DNA of 64,000 nucleotides, taken from NCBI GenBank assembly GCA_023150835.1, contig JAKLKB010000004.1, positions 62,001 through 126,000 of the forward strand, in the 5' to 3' direction. Shown piece by piece: positions 9,671 through 19,793 of the stretch. The notes under the pieces were generated by a model, which did not search any database, was not told the origin of the DNA, and saw only the letters and a list, made by a program, of their open reading frames with translations. Every line of letters begins with the position of its first letter. Position 1 is the first letter of the stretch. This DNA is from Myxococcota bacterium. Its GTDB lineage: Bacteria; Myxococcota_C; UBA6777. Position numbers and translations under genes: made by a program.

Positions 9671-10786
9671 ATGAATCTGACAGCCTTTTTTCATTCTACC
9701 CAAGCCTACCTCCACCAAGGGGGGCTTGTGATGTGGCCGTTGGCGGCGGGTGCTTTTTTGCTTTGGTATGCGCTGGGCTATCGCTTTTTGACTTTACGAC
9801 GTGGGACATGGCGCTCTTTGGAGAGCTTGATCAAACAAGCCTTGCAACAGCCTACTCGCCCAACGCATGGTGTGATCGATACGGCTGTATGGAAAAGCGT
9901 ACAGATCAAGAGAACATTTTCGCAAACATCGCTTCGTCAAAAACTGGATGAAGAGATGGAACCTTTTTTACGCGAAATCGAACGTTTTGGACTATTGATT
10001 CAAGTCATCGTCGTTGTCGCTCCGTTGGCGGGGCTGTTGGGAACGGTGACGGGCATGATCGAAACCTTCGATGCACTCGGCGAGATGTCGCTTCACAGCC
10101 AGTCTGGAGGCATCGCGGGCGGCATCTCTCAAGCGCTGTTGACGACACAAATGGGCCTTTCTGTCGCGATCCCGGGGCTGATCATCGGCCAGTTGTTGCG
10201 GCAAAAACAGATCAGCTTATCCAACGAGATCGAACGCCTCAAAGAGCTTTTGTGCGCGTGGCCTCTCTCACTTCCACCGCTGCCCTACGGATCGCAGCCG
10301 TTCCACGCAGCAGCTTCATCGATCCATACGCAAGATCTCACACAATTACCTTTTCAACGTGAAGAAGCCTCTACTACAAAACGAAAAAAAAATCGACGCT
10401 CAAGCACTTCTCCTGCCATCGATATCTCTCCGCTGATTGATATGGTGTTTATTTTGCTGATCTTTTTTATGGTCTCCACCACGTTTGTCAAAGACATGCA
10501 GATCGCGCTCAGCCGCCCCGCCCAAAACAGCGCAAGCACGGCATCCATCAAAGCCATCCGCGTGCTCCTTGACGCAAAAGGCGGGATATCGATGGAAGGA
10601 AACACAGTCCAAGCATGGATGCTACAAAGTCGCCTACGTGCCTTGCGCAAAGAACAAGCCGATCGCCCTGTCTTGGTGATCACCCATCGACTTGTACGCA
10701 CCGAGCGCTTGATCGAGATCGTCGATCAATGTCGCCTTGCGGGTGTCAAAGACGTCGGCGTCTCCAAAGCCGAAGAAGCAGGTTAA
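9671..10786 (+). CDS. ExbB-ExbD fusion protein
   Basis: APLAGLLGTVTGMIETF and GISQALLTTQMGL (ExbB), a linker, then DISPLIDMVFILLIFFMVSTTF (ExbD) in one frame. Confidence 0.85.
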   Translation: MNLTAFFHSTQAYLHQGGLVMWPLAAGAFLLWYALGYRFLTLRRGTWRSLESLIKQALQQPTRPTHGVIDTAVWKSVQIKRTFSQTSLRQKLDEEMEPFLREIERFGLLIQVIVVVAPLAGLLGTVTGMIETFDALGEMSLHSQSGGIAGGISQALLTTQMGLSVAIPGLIIGQLLRQKQISLSNEIERLKELLCAWPLSLPPLPYGSQPFHAAASSIHTQDLTQLPFQREEASTTKRKKNRRSSTSPAIDISPLIDMVFILLIFFMVSTTFVKDMQIALSRPAQNSASTASIKAIRVLLDAKGGISMEGNTVQAWMLQSRLRALRKEQADRPVLVITHRLVRTERLIEIVDQCRLAGVKDVGVSKAEEAG

Positions 10787-10792
10787 ACAAAG

Positions 10793-11194
10793 ATGCGTCG
10801 AAGGCGTACAACAGGAGAGATACAGATCGACATCTCTCCGCTCATTGATATGGTGTTTATTTTGCTGATCTTTTTTATGGTCTCCACCACGTTTGTCAAA
10901 GATATCAAAGTCGAGTTAGAACGCCCCAACGCTGCGAGCGCAGCACGTGCTTCGACCAAGGCTTTGCGCGTCCACATCGATCGCGGCGGTGCCGTTTACG
11001 TCGACGGAGCCACGATCTCTTTGTCGGCGATGGATGGGCGTGTGCGTCAGCTTTTGCAAGAAGACAAAGCTCGCCCGGTCTTGATTATGGCTGATCGGCT
11101 TGTGCATGCAGAAAAACTCTTGGACGTGGTGGACAAGTGTCGCCTTGCTGGAGCAAGAGATATCGGCATCGCTACGCAAGTGACAGAACCTTAA
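10793..11194 (+). CDS. exbD: Biopolymer transport protein ExbD
   Basis: DISPLIDMVFILLIFFMVSTTF TM segment with conserved Asp; C-terminal VVDKCRLAGA. Confidence 0.92.
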   Translation: MRRRRTTGEIQIDISPLIDMVFILLIFFMVSTTFVKDIKVELERPNAASAARASTKALRVHIDRGGAVYVDGATISLSAMDGRVRQLLQEDKARPVLIMADRLVHAEKLLDVVDKCRLAGARDIGIATQVTEP

Positions 11195-11220
11195 CCTCTA
11201 CGCTTTGAGGAGGCGATGCG

Positions 11221-11874
11221 ATGCGCCGTTCTCTCTTTCCTTTTTTTCGACAGATCGGAGCGTTGGCCGCGATGTGTTTGGGCGGCTTTTCGATCTTGGG
11301 CCTGATGGTGGCGATGAACGTGGACCAAGCTCCCAAAAAGACGGCCTCTTCCCAAAAAGCGCAACACTTCGATCTTCAGCCTCCCCGCCGTCGCCCTCCG
11401 AAACGCAGCACGCCTCGAACCCGCCCACGCCCCCGCCCTGCCACACCAACGCCACGCGCACCCATGCCTCAACTCGCCGCTCATCTCTCAGGATTCAGCT
11501 TTGGGATCCCCGGCCTTACCCACACAGGCATCGAAGAGGCATCAAACCGTCTACTCGGCCAAACCACCGACGCCTCCAAGCTTGTGATGACAGAAGATGC
11601 CGTCGATACGCCGCCACAAGCAATCCACCGCGTCGCAGCCGCATATCCCCCACGCGCACGCGCACGCAATCTCACAGGCCACGTCAGACTCCGTCTCTTG
11701 ATCGATGCTCACGGAAACGTTCAAGAAGCCGAAGTGATCGAGGCCCAACCCACAGGCGTCTTTGAACAATCCGCCCTCACCGCCATCCGCCAATGGCGGT
11801 TCTCTCCCGCGCTCTACAAAGGAAAAGCTGTTCAACTGCGCGCCACCCAAACCATTCAATTCACCTTGGAATAA
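11221..11874 (+). CDS. tonB: Energy transducer TonB
   Basis: N-terminal TM, Pro/Arg-rich linker, TonB_C motif YPPRARARNLTGHVRLRLLID...AIRQWRFSP. Confidence 0.9.
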   Translation: MRRSLFPFFRQIGALAAMCLGGFSILGLMVAMNVDQAPKKTASSQKAQHFDLQPPRRRPPKRSTPRTRPRPRPATPTPRAPMPQLAAHLSGFSFGIPGLTHTGIEEASNRLLGQTTDASKLVMTEDAVDTPPQAIHRVAAAYPPRARARNLTGHVRLRLLIDAHGNVQEAEVIEAQPTGVFEQSALTAIRQWRFSPALYKGKAVQLRATQTIQFTLE

Positions 11875-11910
11875 AAACCGTGTATTCTCCCTATTTCAAC
11901 GACATACAAA

Positions 11911-12080
11911 TAAGACTCAAGCCGTCAGAAGGTGTTTGTGGGGTTCCACCCCACACCCCGCAAGGGAGCACCGCTCCCTTGACCCCTTATCGGCGAAACG
12001 ACCAGAAGTTTTTCAAACGAACATCTCTGACGCTTGAAACACCGCGAATGTGTCCTTCCTTTTTCAACCACGTCACTCCT
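11911..12080 (-). mobile_element. Degenerate MITE-like element, family B
   Basis: Ends taagactcaagccgt and ttttcaaccacgtcactcct resemble the AGGACTTACGCAGTT TIR; internal CAAGGGAGC..GCTCCCTTGACCCC hairpin shared with 13395, 34329, 43601 and 47250. Confidence 0.7.
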
Positions 12081-13277
12081 GCGCAAAGTAAAGCGAGATG
12101 CTTTTTAGGAGCGCCACTTCGGTATGGAGTCTTGCTGTGCTTGTTCTTTCAGATCACAAGCCTCCACCAAAAAGCTCATGCCAAAACTCCCTCAAAAAAC
12201 CAAGTCGACCGCCTTGCACTCGCCGCATTGTTGATCAAAGATGGACACTTTGACCGTGCGGATGCCGTTTTGTCTGAAATCGACTTACGCCAAAAAAATG
12301 TTTCTCTTGCACGTTATTATAGCCTTCGAGGAGCCATCGGCTTACATACAAAAGCTTATGTCAAAGCAGCCCTTTACCTTAGAAAAGCCGTCGAGCAAAA
12401 GGGCGTCGATCCGATGGTGTGGCTGTTTTTGGCGCAAGCCCGTTTTCAATTGGGACGTTATGCCAAAGCCCTTGAGGCGCTGCAACACGCTCCCCCTCAA
12501 GCCTTCAACCTCGGGGGGACTTTGCTGTTGCAAGCGCAATCTCTGTGGAAACTCAAGCGCTTTCATGCAGCGTATCAAGCCATCGAACAAGGCTCGAAGC
12601 GTTTTTCCAAAGAAGATGGATTCCTTCGATTAAAAGTATTGTGGTTATTAGAAAAAAACCTGATTGAACAAGCCCACGTTCTCGGATGGCATTATCTACA
12701 GGCTCCGAGGCGAAGTGCGGAGGATCATCTGGGATTGGCCGAAGCCATGCGGCGACGTAAACAACCGTCGTATGCGGCCTTGTGGCTTGAACAAGCCCTC
12801 CTTCGCTTTCCGAGTCATCCACAAATCTTGATGCTCTTAGCACGTTGCTACCTCGAAAACAGAAAAACCCTGACCGCAGCGATCTTTTTGGAACGTGCCG
12901 CCCAAAAAGACCGCAAGCTACTCGTCGAGGCAGCAGAGTTGTATCGGCGTGCAGGGCAGCCTTGGAAAGCGTTGTATCTCAATGCGCAAGTGGCCGATCA
13001 AAAGGCCAAGATCAAACAACGACTGGGGTTGCTAATCGAGATGAAGCGGTATGAAGAGGCCGCTGTGATGGGGTCTCGGTTGTCGCGCCTCGATCTGCTT
13101 GAAGATCAGCGCGTGCTTTATGCCCTCGGTTTTGCGGCTTTTCAGATCGGGCGCTACAAAACAGCGCATTCTTGGCTCGCGCAGATCACCGACCCATCGC
13201 TCTTTCAACGCTCCATCGCTTTGCGCAAAACCATGCAAAGCTGCCTCAAAGAACAAGAAGCTTGGTGGTGCCCATGA
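12048..13277 (+). CDS. Exported TPR-repeat protein (TtpD-like)
   Basis: Signal-like segment ending AHA, repeated helical TPR patterns, position after tonB. Start codon uncertain. Confidence 0.75.
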   Translation: MCPSFFNHVTPAQSKARCFLGAPLRYGVLLCLFFQITSLHQKAHAKTPSKNQVDRLALAALLIKDGHFDRADAVLSEIDLRQKNVSLARYYSLRGAIGLHTKAYVKAALYLRKAVEQKGVDPMVWLFLAQARFQLGRYAKALEALQHAPPQAFNLGGTLLLQAQSLWKLKRFHAAYQAIEQGSKRFSKEDGFLRLKVLWLLEKNLIEQAHVLGWHYLQAPRRSAEDHLGLAEAMRRRKQPSYAALWLEQALLRFPSHPQILMLLARCYLENRKTLTAAIFLERAAQKDRKLLVEAAELYRRAGQPWKALYLNAQVADQKAKIKQRLGLLIEMKRYEEAAVMGSRLSRLDLLEDQRVLYALGFAAFQIGRYKTAHSWLAQITDPSLFQRSIALRKTMQSCLKEQEAWWCP

Positions 13278-13394
13278 AGCTGCGGTTTGACGGACGCGAC
13301 CGAACGAAGCAACGGTTCCAAAAAGCAAGAAGCTTGGGGGTATCCATCCTGCCCTCCCATCCCAACAACCACGATGACATAGAAGACAAAAAAA

Positions 13395-13512
13395 CCCCCG
13401 TGTTCGCAAAGATTCAAGCGGCACCGCTGTTGTTTTGCAAAGCACCTGTTCGCCCCGCCGATACGGGGTCAAGGGAGCCGCGCTCCCTTGCAGGGCGTGG
13501 GGCAGCGCCCCA
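13395..13512 (+). mobile_element. MITE/REP-like element family B core
   Basis: ccgtgttcgc..ttcaagcg...GGGGTCAAGGGAGCCGCGCTCCCTTG..GGGGCAGCGCCCC, collinear with the 43601 copy. Confidence 0.75.
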
Positions 13513-13603
13513 TAGCACAAATTTCACAACCTCATTCTTACAACAAAAAACAAAAAACATACATGACAACACACACTTCTTACAAAGATTTTAGAGAAAA
13601 GCA

Positions 13604-16600
13604 ATGTATGACATCAAAAGCCTCGCGATACCTCGATGGGTGTGGTTTGAGTGGAAAATTCTCTGGATTTCGCTTGGCCTTGCCTTTTGTACTCCGCTCA
13701 ACGCCTACGCAAAAGCCTCGCAAGAAACGGGCGTCTTGCGGGGAATCGTCTTTGAAAAAGAGACAGGGCGGCCCTTACCCGAAGTGTGGGTCGGCATCCA
13801 AGGCTTCTCCGCCCAACAGACAGATCGAGACGGTGCTTATTGGTTTCGTCTGCCTACGGGTCATCATCGCCTTCGCCTTTGGGGAAAGGGGATCGCACAA
13901 CGCATTACAAAGCCGATTCCTGTTCTCAAAAAAGAAGTGACTGAAGCTCTTTTAACGATTTTTCTGAAAACAAAAGAAACAAATACCTCGATTGAAACTG
14001 CGATTCGTCACTACCGAACTCATCAAAAAAGCCTTTCGACTGAATTGACGATCTCTGTAATCGGGCGAGTGCAAACAGCAAAAACCAACCAGCCGATCGC
14101 CAAGGCGCAGATCTTTGTCAAAGGGCAGACAGAGGAAGCCGAAAGCCTTGTGGATGGGACGTTTACACTGCGCTTGCCGCTTGGCGAACATCTGCTCACG
14201 GTGATCCATCCGTCCTATTCGACGACACGCAAACAAGTCGCGATCCGCCGCAAGATTCCGCCCATTGTGTTTTCCATGATGCCGGCCTCGATCCAACTTC
14301 AGACATTCACTGTGTCCGCGCCTCGAATCATCGGAAATACAGATGAACTTATGAAGCAACGACACCAAGCCTCCGGTGTCGCCGAGATGCTTGGTGCGGA
14401 GCAGATGGCCAAGTCGGGCGATAGCAACGCCGCTGCTGCGCTTCAACGCGTTTCTGGTGTGACGATCGTGGGCGGGCGTTTTGTGTATGTGCGCGGCCTT
14501 GGAGACCGCTACGCAAGCACCCTCTTCAACGGCGCGACCTTGCCGAGTCCTGAGCCTGAAAACCGCGTCATCCCGCTGAACTTGTTTCCCTCGGGCATCC
14601 TCGAAAAACTGGTGATCGAAAAAACGTATATGCCCTACCTTCCTGCTGAATTTGGTGGTGGTTCGGTCCAGTTGTTTACAAGATCTTTTCCCAAAAAATT
14701 CCACGCCGCTTTATCCCTTCAAGTCGGCTACCGCCAAGGTACGACCTTCGAGCAAGGGCAGCATTATAACGGCGGCGGATCAGACTTTTTAACACTCGGA
14801 CTGCCTACACGCGGCCTGCCTCAAGAAGTACGAAAAGCCTCTGAAAAAACCTTGCTTCTCCCACAAAATCGATTCAATCCAGAAGTGGGTTATCCACGCG
14901 CTGAACTGGAGCGGTTTGGCGAGCTTTTGCCCAATGTATGGAACACGCAAAGCACGCTGATTCCGCCCCAGATCAAGCTCTCGGCGACTCTTGGAGATTC
15001 TTTCTCTCTAGGCGGCGAGACGCGAACAGGTTATTTTCTGTATCTTAATTACGACAACAACTGGCAACATCGCGTACATGAAGAAAATGCTTTTGAAAGA
15101 CAAAATGTGCTGAAACTGTATTTTCTTGGCGCAAGAAAAAAGCTGGAATTAAACAACGATTACAAGCTTACGCAGCTTGAAAATGGGATCAATCTCGGTG
15201 GGATGTTGGTCTGGGGGATCGCGTTTGGAAGCGCGCACAAACTTCGCTTGACCTCGTTGCTCAATCGCATCGTGTCGAATGAAACGCGCATCGTCGAGGG
15301 CTACAACGCCAACGTGCTTGGCGATATCCGTTTGACGCGGTTTCGTTGGATCGAGCAAACGCTCAGTTCAACGCAACTTTGGGGCGAACATATCCTCTCC
15401 AAAACCAGCGGGTTCACGCTATCATGGCGCTACACCTATTCTTTGGCTCTGCGTGCCGAACCTGATCGGCGGGAAACGCGATACGATAAAACGGCAGAAG
15501 GCACCTATCAACTGTCTGATCTACCAGAAGGCAATCTGCGCTTTTTTTCGGATCTGCTCGACAACAACCACGATCTCGCGGTCGACATGAAACTGCCTTT
15601 TCGCCAATGGTCAGGGCTTCAAGCCGAAGCGCGCTTTGGTGGGCTATTTGCCTACAAAGATCGCAACGTCGACACGCGCCGCTATAAGTATCAAATGCGC
15701 GGAGATGCGAACATCTACCGCTCTCCAGACCTGATCTCGCAATCCCCCGAATCGATCTTTTCTCCCAAACATATCAGCCCTGATGGATACCAATTCGAGG
15801 AGATCACTCGCGAAACCGACAACTACCGCGCACGCCAATACATCGGTGCGATGTATCTGATGGCCCGCCTTCCGCTGCTCAATACGCTGCGCTTGGAAGG
15901 CGGAGCGCGATTCGAGTACAGCACACAAGACGTCGAGACGTTCGAGCTCTTCCGCCCCAACAAAACCCCGATCCGTTCAGCCCTTGTGACGCCAGACCTT
16001 TTGCCTGCGCTGTCTCTTTCGTGGGAGATACGACCGAATATGGTCTTGCGTGGCGCAGGAGCGATGACGGTTTCAAGACCAGACTTTCGTGAGCTATCTC
16101 CTGCAACTTTTGACGCTGTTGCAGGTGGACGACAGCTTTTTGGGAATCCGAATCTTGAACGTGCTTTGATCACCCATGCGGATCTACGTTGGGAGTGGTA
16201 TCCAGAAAGCGGTGAGTCATTGTCGATCGGCTTGTTTTACAAGCACTTTTATCGACCGATCGAAACCAAGCTGATCGTCAGCGCCAACCAATCGATCACC
16301 TTTGCCAACGCCGATGGCGGCGCAAACAACGTCGGCGCAGAACTGGATTTTCGCAAACGGCTCGGCTTTTTGCATGGCTTTTTGCGCGATATCTATGTGG
16401 CCGGAAACCTTACCTTGGTCTGGTCGCAGATCCAGCTACCCGCCGAGAGCATCGAAACCAACAAGATCCGCCCGATGCAAGGCCAATCTCCCTATGTGAT
16501 CAACTTGGCCGTCGGCTATGACAACGCCGATACGGGGACTTCTGTGGCCCTTCTGTACAACGTTTTTGGGCCGCGCATCGCGGAAGTCGGCGCAGACGGC

Positions 16601-16798
16601 ATCCCCGATACATACGAAGAACCCTTCCATCAACTCGATCTCGTGATCCGACAACGCTTTGCACAACGCTGGCTTCTGACGTTTCGCGCAAGAAATCTGA
16701 TCAATGCCCCCAAGATCTTCACCCTCGGCGATCAAGTCGCCCGCCTTTTTTACCGCAACCGCGATCTGACCCTCAGTCTCAGCTACACCTTCGATTAA
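13604..16798 (+). CDS. TonB-dependent receptor with two N-terminal carboxypeptidase-regulatory-like domains
   Basis: Plug motifs ALQRVSGV, VYVRGLGDRY, LPSPEP; beta-barrel pattern; C-terminal LSLSYTFD. Confidence 0.93.
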   Translation: MYDIKSLAIPRWVWFEWKILWISLGLAFCTPLNAYAKASQETGVLRGIVFEKETGRPLPEVWVGIQGFSAQQTDRDGAYWFRLPTGHHRLRLWGKGIAQRITKPIPVLKKEVTEALLTIFLKTKETNTSIETAIRHYRTHQKSLSTELTISVIGRVQTAKTNQPIAKAQIFVKGQTEEAESLVDGTFTLRLPLGEHLLTVIHPSYSTTRKQVAIRRKIPPIVFSMMPASIQLQTFTVSAPRIIGNTDELMKQRHQASGVAEMLGAEQMAKSGDSNAAAALQRVSGVTIVGGRFVYVRGLGDRYASTLFNGATLPSPEPENRVIPLNLFPSGILEKLVIEKTYMPYLPAEFGGGSVQLFTRSFPKKFHAALSLQVGYRQGTTFEQGQHYNGGGSDFLTLGLPTRGLPQEVRKASEKTLLLPQNRFNPEVGYPRAELERFGELLPNVWNTQSTLIPPQIKLSATLGDSFSLGGETRTGYFLYLNYDNNWQHRVHEENAFERQNVLKLYFLGARKKLELNNDYKLTQLENGINLGGMLVWGIAFGSAHKLRLTSLLNRIVSNETRIVEGYNANVLGDIRLTRFRWIEQTLSSTQLWGEHILSKTSGFTLSWRYTYSLALRAEPDRRETRYDKTAEGTYQLSDLPEGNLRFFSDLLDNNHDLAVDMKLPFRQWSGLQAEARFGGLFAYKDRNVDTRRYKYQMRGDANIYRSPDLISQSPESIFSPKHISPDGYQFEEITRETDNYRARQYIGAMYLMARLPLLNTLRLEGGARFEYSTQDVETFELFRPNKTPIRSALVTPDLLPALSLSWEIRPNMVLRGAGAMTVSRPDFRELSPATFDAVAGGRQLFGNPNLERALITHADLRWEWYPESGESLSIGLFYKHFYRPIETKLIVSANQSITFANADGGANNVGAELDFRKRLGFLHGFLRDIYVAGNLTLVWSQIQLPAESIETNKIRPMQGQSPYVINLAVGYDNADTGTSVALLYNVFGPRIAEVGADGIPDTYEEPFHQLDLVIRQRFAQRWLLTFRARNLINAPKIFTLGDQVARLFYRNRDLTLSLSYTFD

Positions 16799-16892
16799 GC
16801 TCCTTCGCTCTTGAGGTGAACCCTCACGTGTGTTTTGCTGTCCTTGGTTTTTTCCGACGACGTGTGACCGATTGAAAACCAAGGAGAGATCG

Positions 16893-17378
16893 ATGTTACG
16901 ACCTGTTGAGTCCCAAGATATCGAAGCCATCGCAAAGATCTACAACCACTACATCGAACACACGGTGATCACGTTTGAAGAACAAGCCGTCTCTTGCGAA
17001 GAGATGAGCGATCGCATCCAAGAGATCGCGTCTGTTGCGCTGCCTTGGTGGGTGGCTTGCGAAGAACATCGCGTCGTGGGATTTGCTTATGCAAGCAAGT
17101 GGAAAGGCCGATGTGCCTACCGCTATTCTGCGGAATCAACGGTGTATCTGGCTCCTGACGCCGTAGGGCGCGGGTATGGAACGGCTCTCTACGGCACATT
17201 GTTCTCTCTGTTGCGCGAAAAGTCGTACCATGTTGTCATGGGGGGAATCGCCTTGCCCAATGCAGCGAGCGTTGCGTTGCACGAGCGTTTGGGATTTGAA
17301 AAAGTCGCTCATTTTAGAGAAGTAGGTTATAAATTTGAGAGATGGATCGATGTGGGTTATTGGCAATTGTTCTTATAA
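16893..17378 (+). CDS. GNAT N-acetyltransferase, Pat/YncA/ArsN1-like
   Basis: IYNHYIEHTVITFEE, AESTVYL, GRGYGTALY, NAASVALHERLGF, GYKFERWIDVGYWQ. Confidence 0.9.
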   Translation: MLRPVESQDIEAIAKIYNHYIEHTVITFEEQAVSCEEMSDRIQEIASVALPWWVACEEHRVVGFAYASKWKGRCAYRYSAESTVYLAPDAVGRGYGTALYGTLFSLLREKSYHVVMGGIALPNAASVALHERLGFEKVAHFREVGYKFERWIDVGYWQLFL

Positions 17379-17494
17379 TAGGACTTACGCAGTTGAAAAG
17401 GGAAACCCTGAGATATCAGAACGTTGTAGGGGCGGTTCGCGAACCGCTCACGCCCGAACATCTGCCTTTTTCGTATCGAACTGCGTAAGTCCTA
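17379..17494. mobile_element. MITE family A with perfect terminal inverted repeats
   Basis: TA-GGACTTACGCAGTT...AACTGCGTAAGTCC-TA directly after the GNAT stop; internal GTAGGGGCGGTTCGCGAACCGC REP-like palindrome. Confidence 0.88.
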
Positions 17495-17529
17495 TATAAA
17501 AAGATTTCCATTTCTGCATAAAAAAAGAA

Positions 17530-17639
17530 AAAGTCGAAAATGTGTTCCCGTAGGATAGTGCGTAGACACCCGATTGTTGGTCCAAGTGCATACCTGTCTG
17601 CCCCTACGTTTTGCGATCACACACCCTGCGGATCTCGTA
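17530..17639 (-). mobile_element. Degenerate family C element
   Basis: gtagacacccg...gcccctacgttttgcgatcacac..gcggatctcgta; left end eroded. Confidence 0.7.
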
Positions 17640-17913
17640 TTATACGATGGCCGAGGGGTTGGCTGATCTCAACTGTTTTTCAAAATGCCCGTTGTTGCAG
17701 CCTTTGTGGTCGGAGCCTGAATTTGTGGATCTGCACGCCAAGGTTCAGGCCCGCGTCCAAAAAGCACGACAACTCGCTTGAGCCGCTGTTGGATATCGGG
17801 CCTTGCCTTGTTGGGCGTCTTGTGCAAGGTTGCAGGAGAGTTCAGTTTTTGGGTGCCGTAATGCCTTCAAGCAGCGTGGCATCGGGAAAGTCGGCACGAT
17901 ATCGGAGCGTCGC

Positions 17914-19632
17914 ATGGAACGAAAAAAGGATCAGCGCAACAAGCCTTGGCAGCGGGTGTTTGTAAGCGTGTGGGTGTGTGCGGTTTGTATCGGGATGTGT
18001 GGCTTTGCGCAAAAAGCAAGAGCATGGGGGGAGATCGAAGACGACGGATTCCCTTTGTGGCAGGAGGTGTTGCAGTTGGTTCTCACCAACCGCGTTCGAC
18101 AGGATACTGCCCAAGCCAAAACGGATTACAGCGATCCGAACGCTCCCAAAAACAAGACGTGGAAAGACAAGGATTATCCCGTCTGCCCGCCTGTGGTCTT
18201 TCACAACATCGTCGCAAAAGCCGCACGGCTACACAGCCGCGATATGGACGTGCAAAACTATTTCGATCACACCGCCAAAGACGGATCCTCTCCCGGAGAG
18301 CGCGTCAAGCGGCAGTTGGGAACGAGCGTCCCCACAGGCGAAAACATTGCAGTGGGCTACGGCACCTCCGAAAAAGTCACCATCGGCTGGCTCAATAGCG
18401 ATGGACACCGCGAGAATATCTTTAACTGCACATGGACACACTTGGGCGTCGGTTTTAGCAAGATCAACCGCGATTATTGGACGCAAAACTTTATCAAGAT
18501 CAGCTTGGAGCGCCCGTTGGTCCACGCAGGCATCCATTTTCCGCAGTCCGTCTCAGCAGGCCAAGACGTGAACTTCTTTGCGAACTACTACCACAAAAAC
18601 GGCGATGCGCCGCAAGAAGCCAAAGTCGTCGTCAATGGCCGATGCTACGATATGCGCGTTGAATACGGCACCGCAGGCAACGGAAACTACGCGCTCAAAG
18701 CCCAACTCTCCGAAGGCTGCCAAAGTTATTACTTCCGCTTTCGTGGTTCAGACGGCAAACTAGAGCTTTTTCCGACACGCGGATCGTACCAAGTCGGCGT
18801 TGGTGCAGAGTGCGACAAGCTCTATATAGCCAACCAAGTGGACGCCCAATGCGATCAAGGTTGCAGCAAAGACGACCAATGCGCTTCACACCAAGAATGC
18901 AAAGAAAGCAAGTGCGTCGATACGCGCCGTTGCAAGGGCAACGCAGACTGCCCCACAGGTACTTCGTGCCGAGAACAACATTGCCAACCCAACGCCAAGA
19001 TGTGGGAAGCCTGTGGCGCAGGGACTTCGTGTACTTCTCCGCTCTCGTGTATGAAGCATAACGGAGAAGATCGCTGTAGTGTCTCTTGTCAAAAGTATGT
19101 ACCCTGCCCGCAAGGTTTCGCCTGTGCATTAAGTGGAACCCAAGGCGTCTGCACACCGCGAACCGATTGCAGCAGCGACTTCGATTGCGCCGCCTACCAC
19201 ACTTGCAAAGAAGGCAAGTGCATCGAACGTGGGCCTTGTGTCAAACACGCCGATTGTCCGCAAGGAACGATGTGCAAAGAAAAACTCTGCATCGATCCCG
19301 GGACGCTCGGCGTCGCCTGCCAAGGCGAGCGCGACTGCGACACAGGCTCGTCCTGCATCCCGTGGAGTATCGAAGGACAAACGCAGCGCGCTTGTGGTTT
19401 TGCTTGCAAGGCCGCCGAAGATTGCCCCAAAGGATCGACTTGTAAGGAATTTGGAGGAGGAGACAGCTATTGTTTCGGAAAGCCAGAACCTCCACCTCCC
19501 CCCCAGAAAAAGCCCGAAGAACCGCCCAAAACAGGCTGCTCTTCTCGCCCTGTTCCCGTCGACTCCAGCTTCGCCCTTTTCGGCTTGTTGTTCTTGCTGT
19601 TGCGCAAACGCCGAAAGGCTCGCTCTCTTTGA
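17914..19632 (+). CDS. CAP (SCP)-domain surface protein with Cys-rich repeats and MYXO-CTERM-like sorting signal
   Basis: GENIAVG, WLNSDGHRENI, LGVGF..YWTQNF; Cys repeats; C-terminal TGCSS...FALFGLLFLLLRKRRK. Confidence 0.85.
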   Translation: MERKKDQRNKPWQRVFVSVWVCAVCIGMCGFAQKARAWGEIEDDGFPLWQEVLQLVLTNRVRQDTAQAKTDYSDPNAPKNKTWKDKDYPVCPPVVFHNIVAKAARLHSRDMDVQNYFDHTAKDGSSPGERVKRQLGTSVPTGENIAVGYGTSEKVTIGWLNSDGHRENIFNCTWTHLGVGFSKINRDYWTQNFIKISLERPLVHAGIHFPQSVSAGQDVNFFANYYHKNGDAPQEAKVVVNGRCYDMRVEYGTAGNGNYALKAQLSEGCQSYYFRFRGSDGKLELFPTRGSYQVGVGAECDKLYIANQVDAQCDQGCSKDDQCASHQECKESKCVDTRRCKGNADCPTGTSCREQHCQPNAKMWEACGAGTSCTSPLSCMKHNGEDRCSVSCQKYVPCPQGFACALSGTQGVCTPRTDCSSDFDCAAYHTCKEGKCIERGPCVKHADCPQGTMCKEKLCIDPGTLGVACQGERDCDTGSSCIPWSIEGQTQRACGFACKAAEDCPKGSTCKEFGGGDSYCFGKPEPPPPPQKKPEEPPKTGCSSRPVPVDSSFALFGLLFLLLRKRRKARSL

Positions 19633-19793
19633 GCGGCAGCACGCGGAGAATCAAAACTCCGACACCGAGGCGAGGTCTGAACATTGCGGAAGATGCGGGT
19701 AGCTGCGAATACAACGGGAACAGAAGACAGAAAGAATACGACAACAGACAGCAAAAACATCAGCAAGGTTCACAAGCTCGAAGGAGACCAGTG

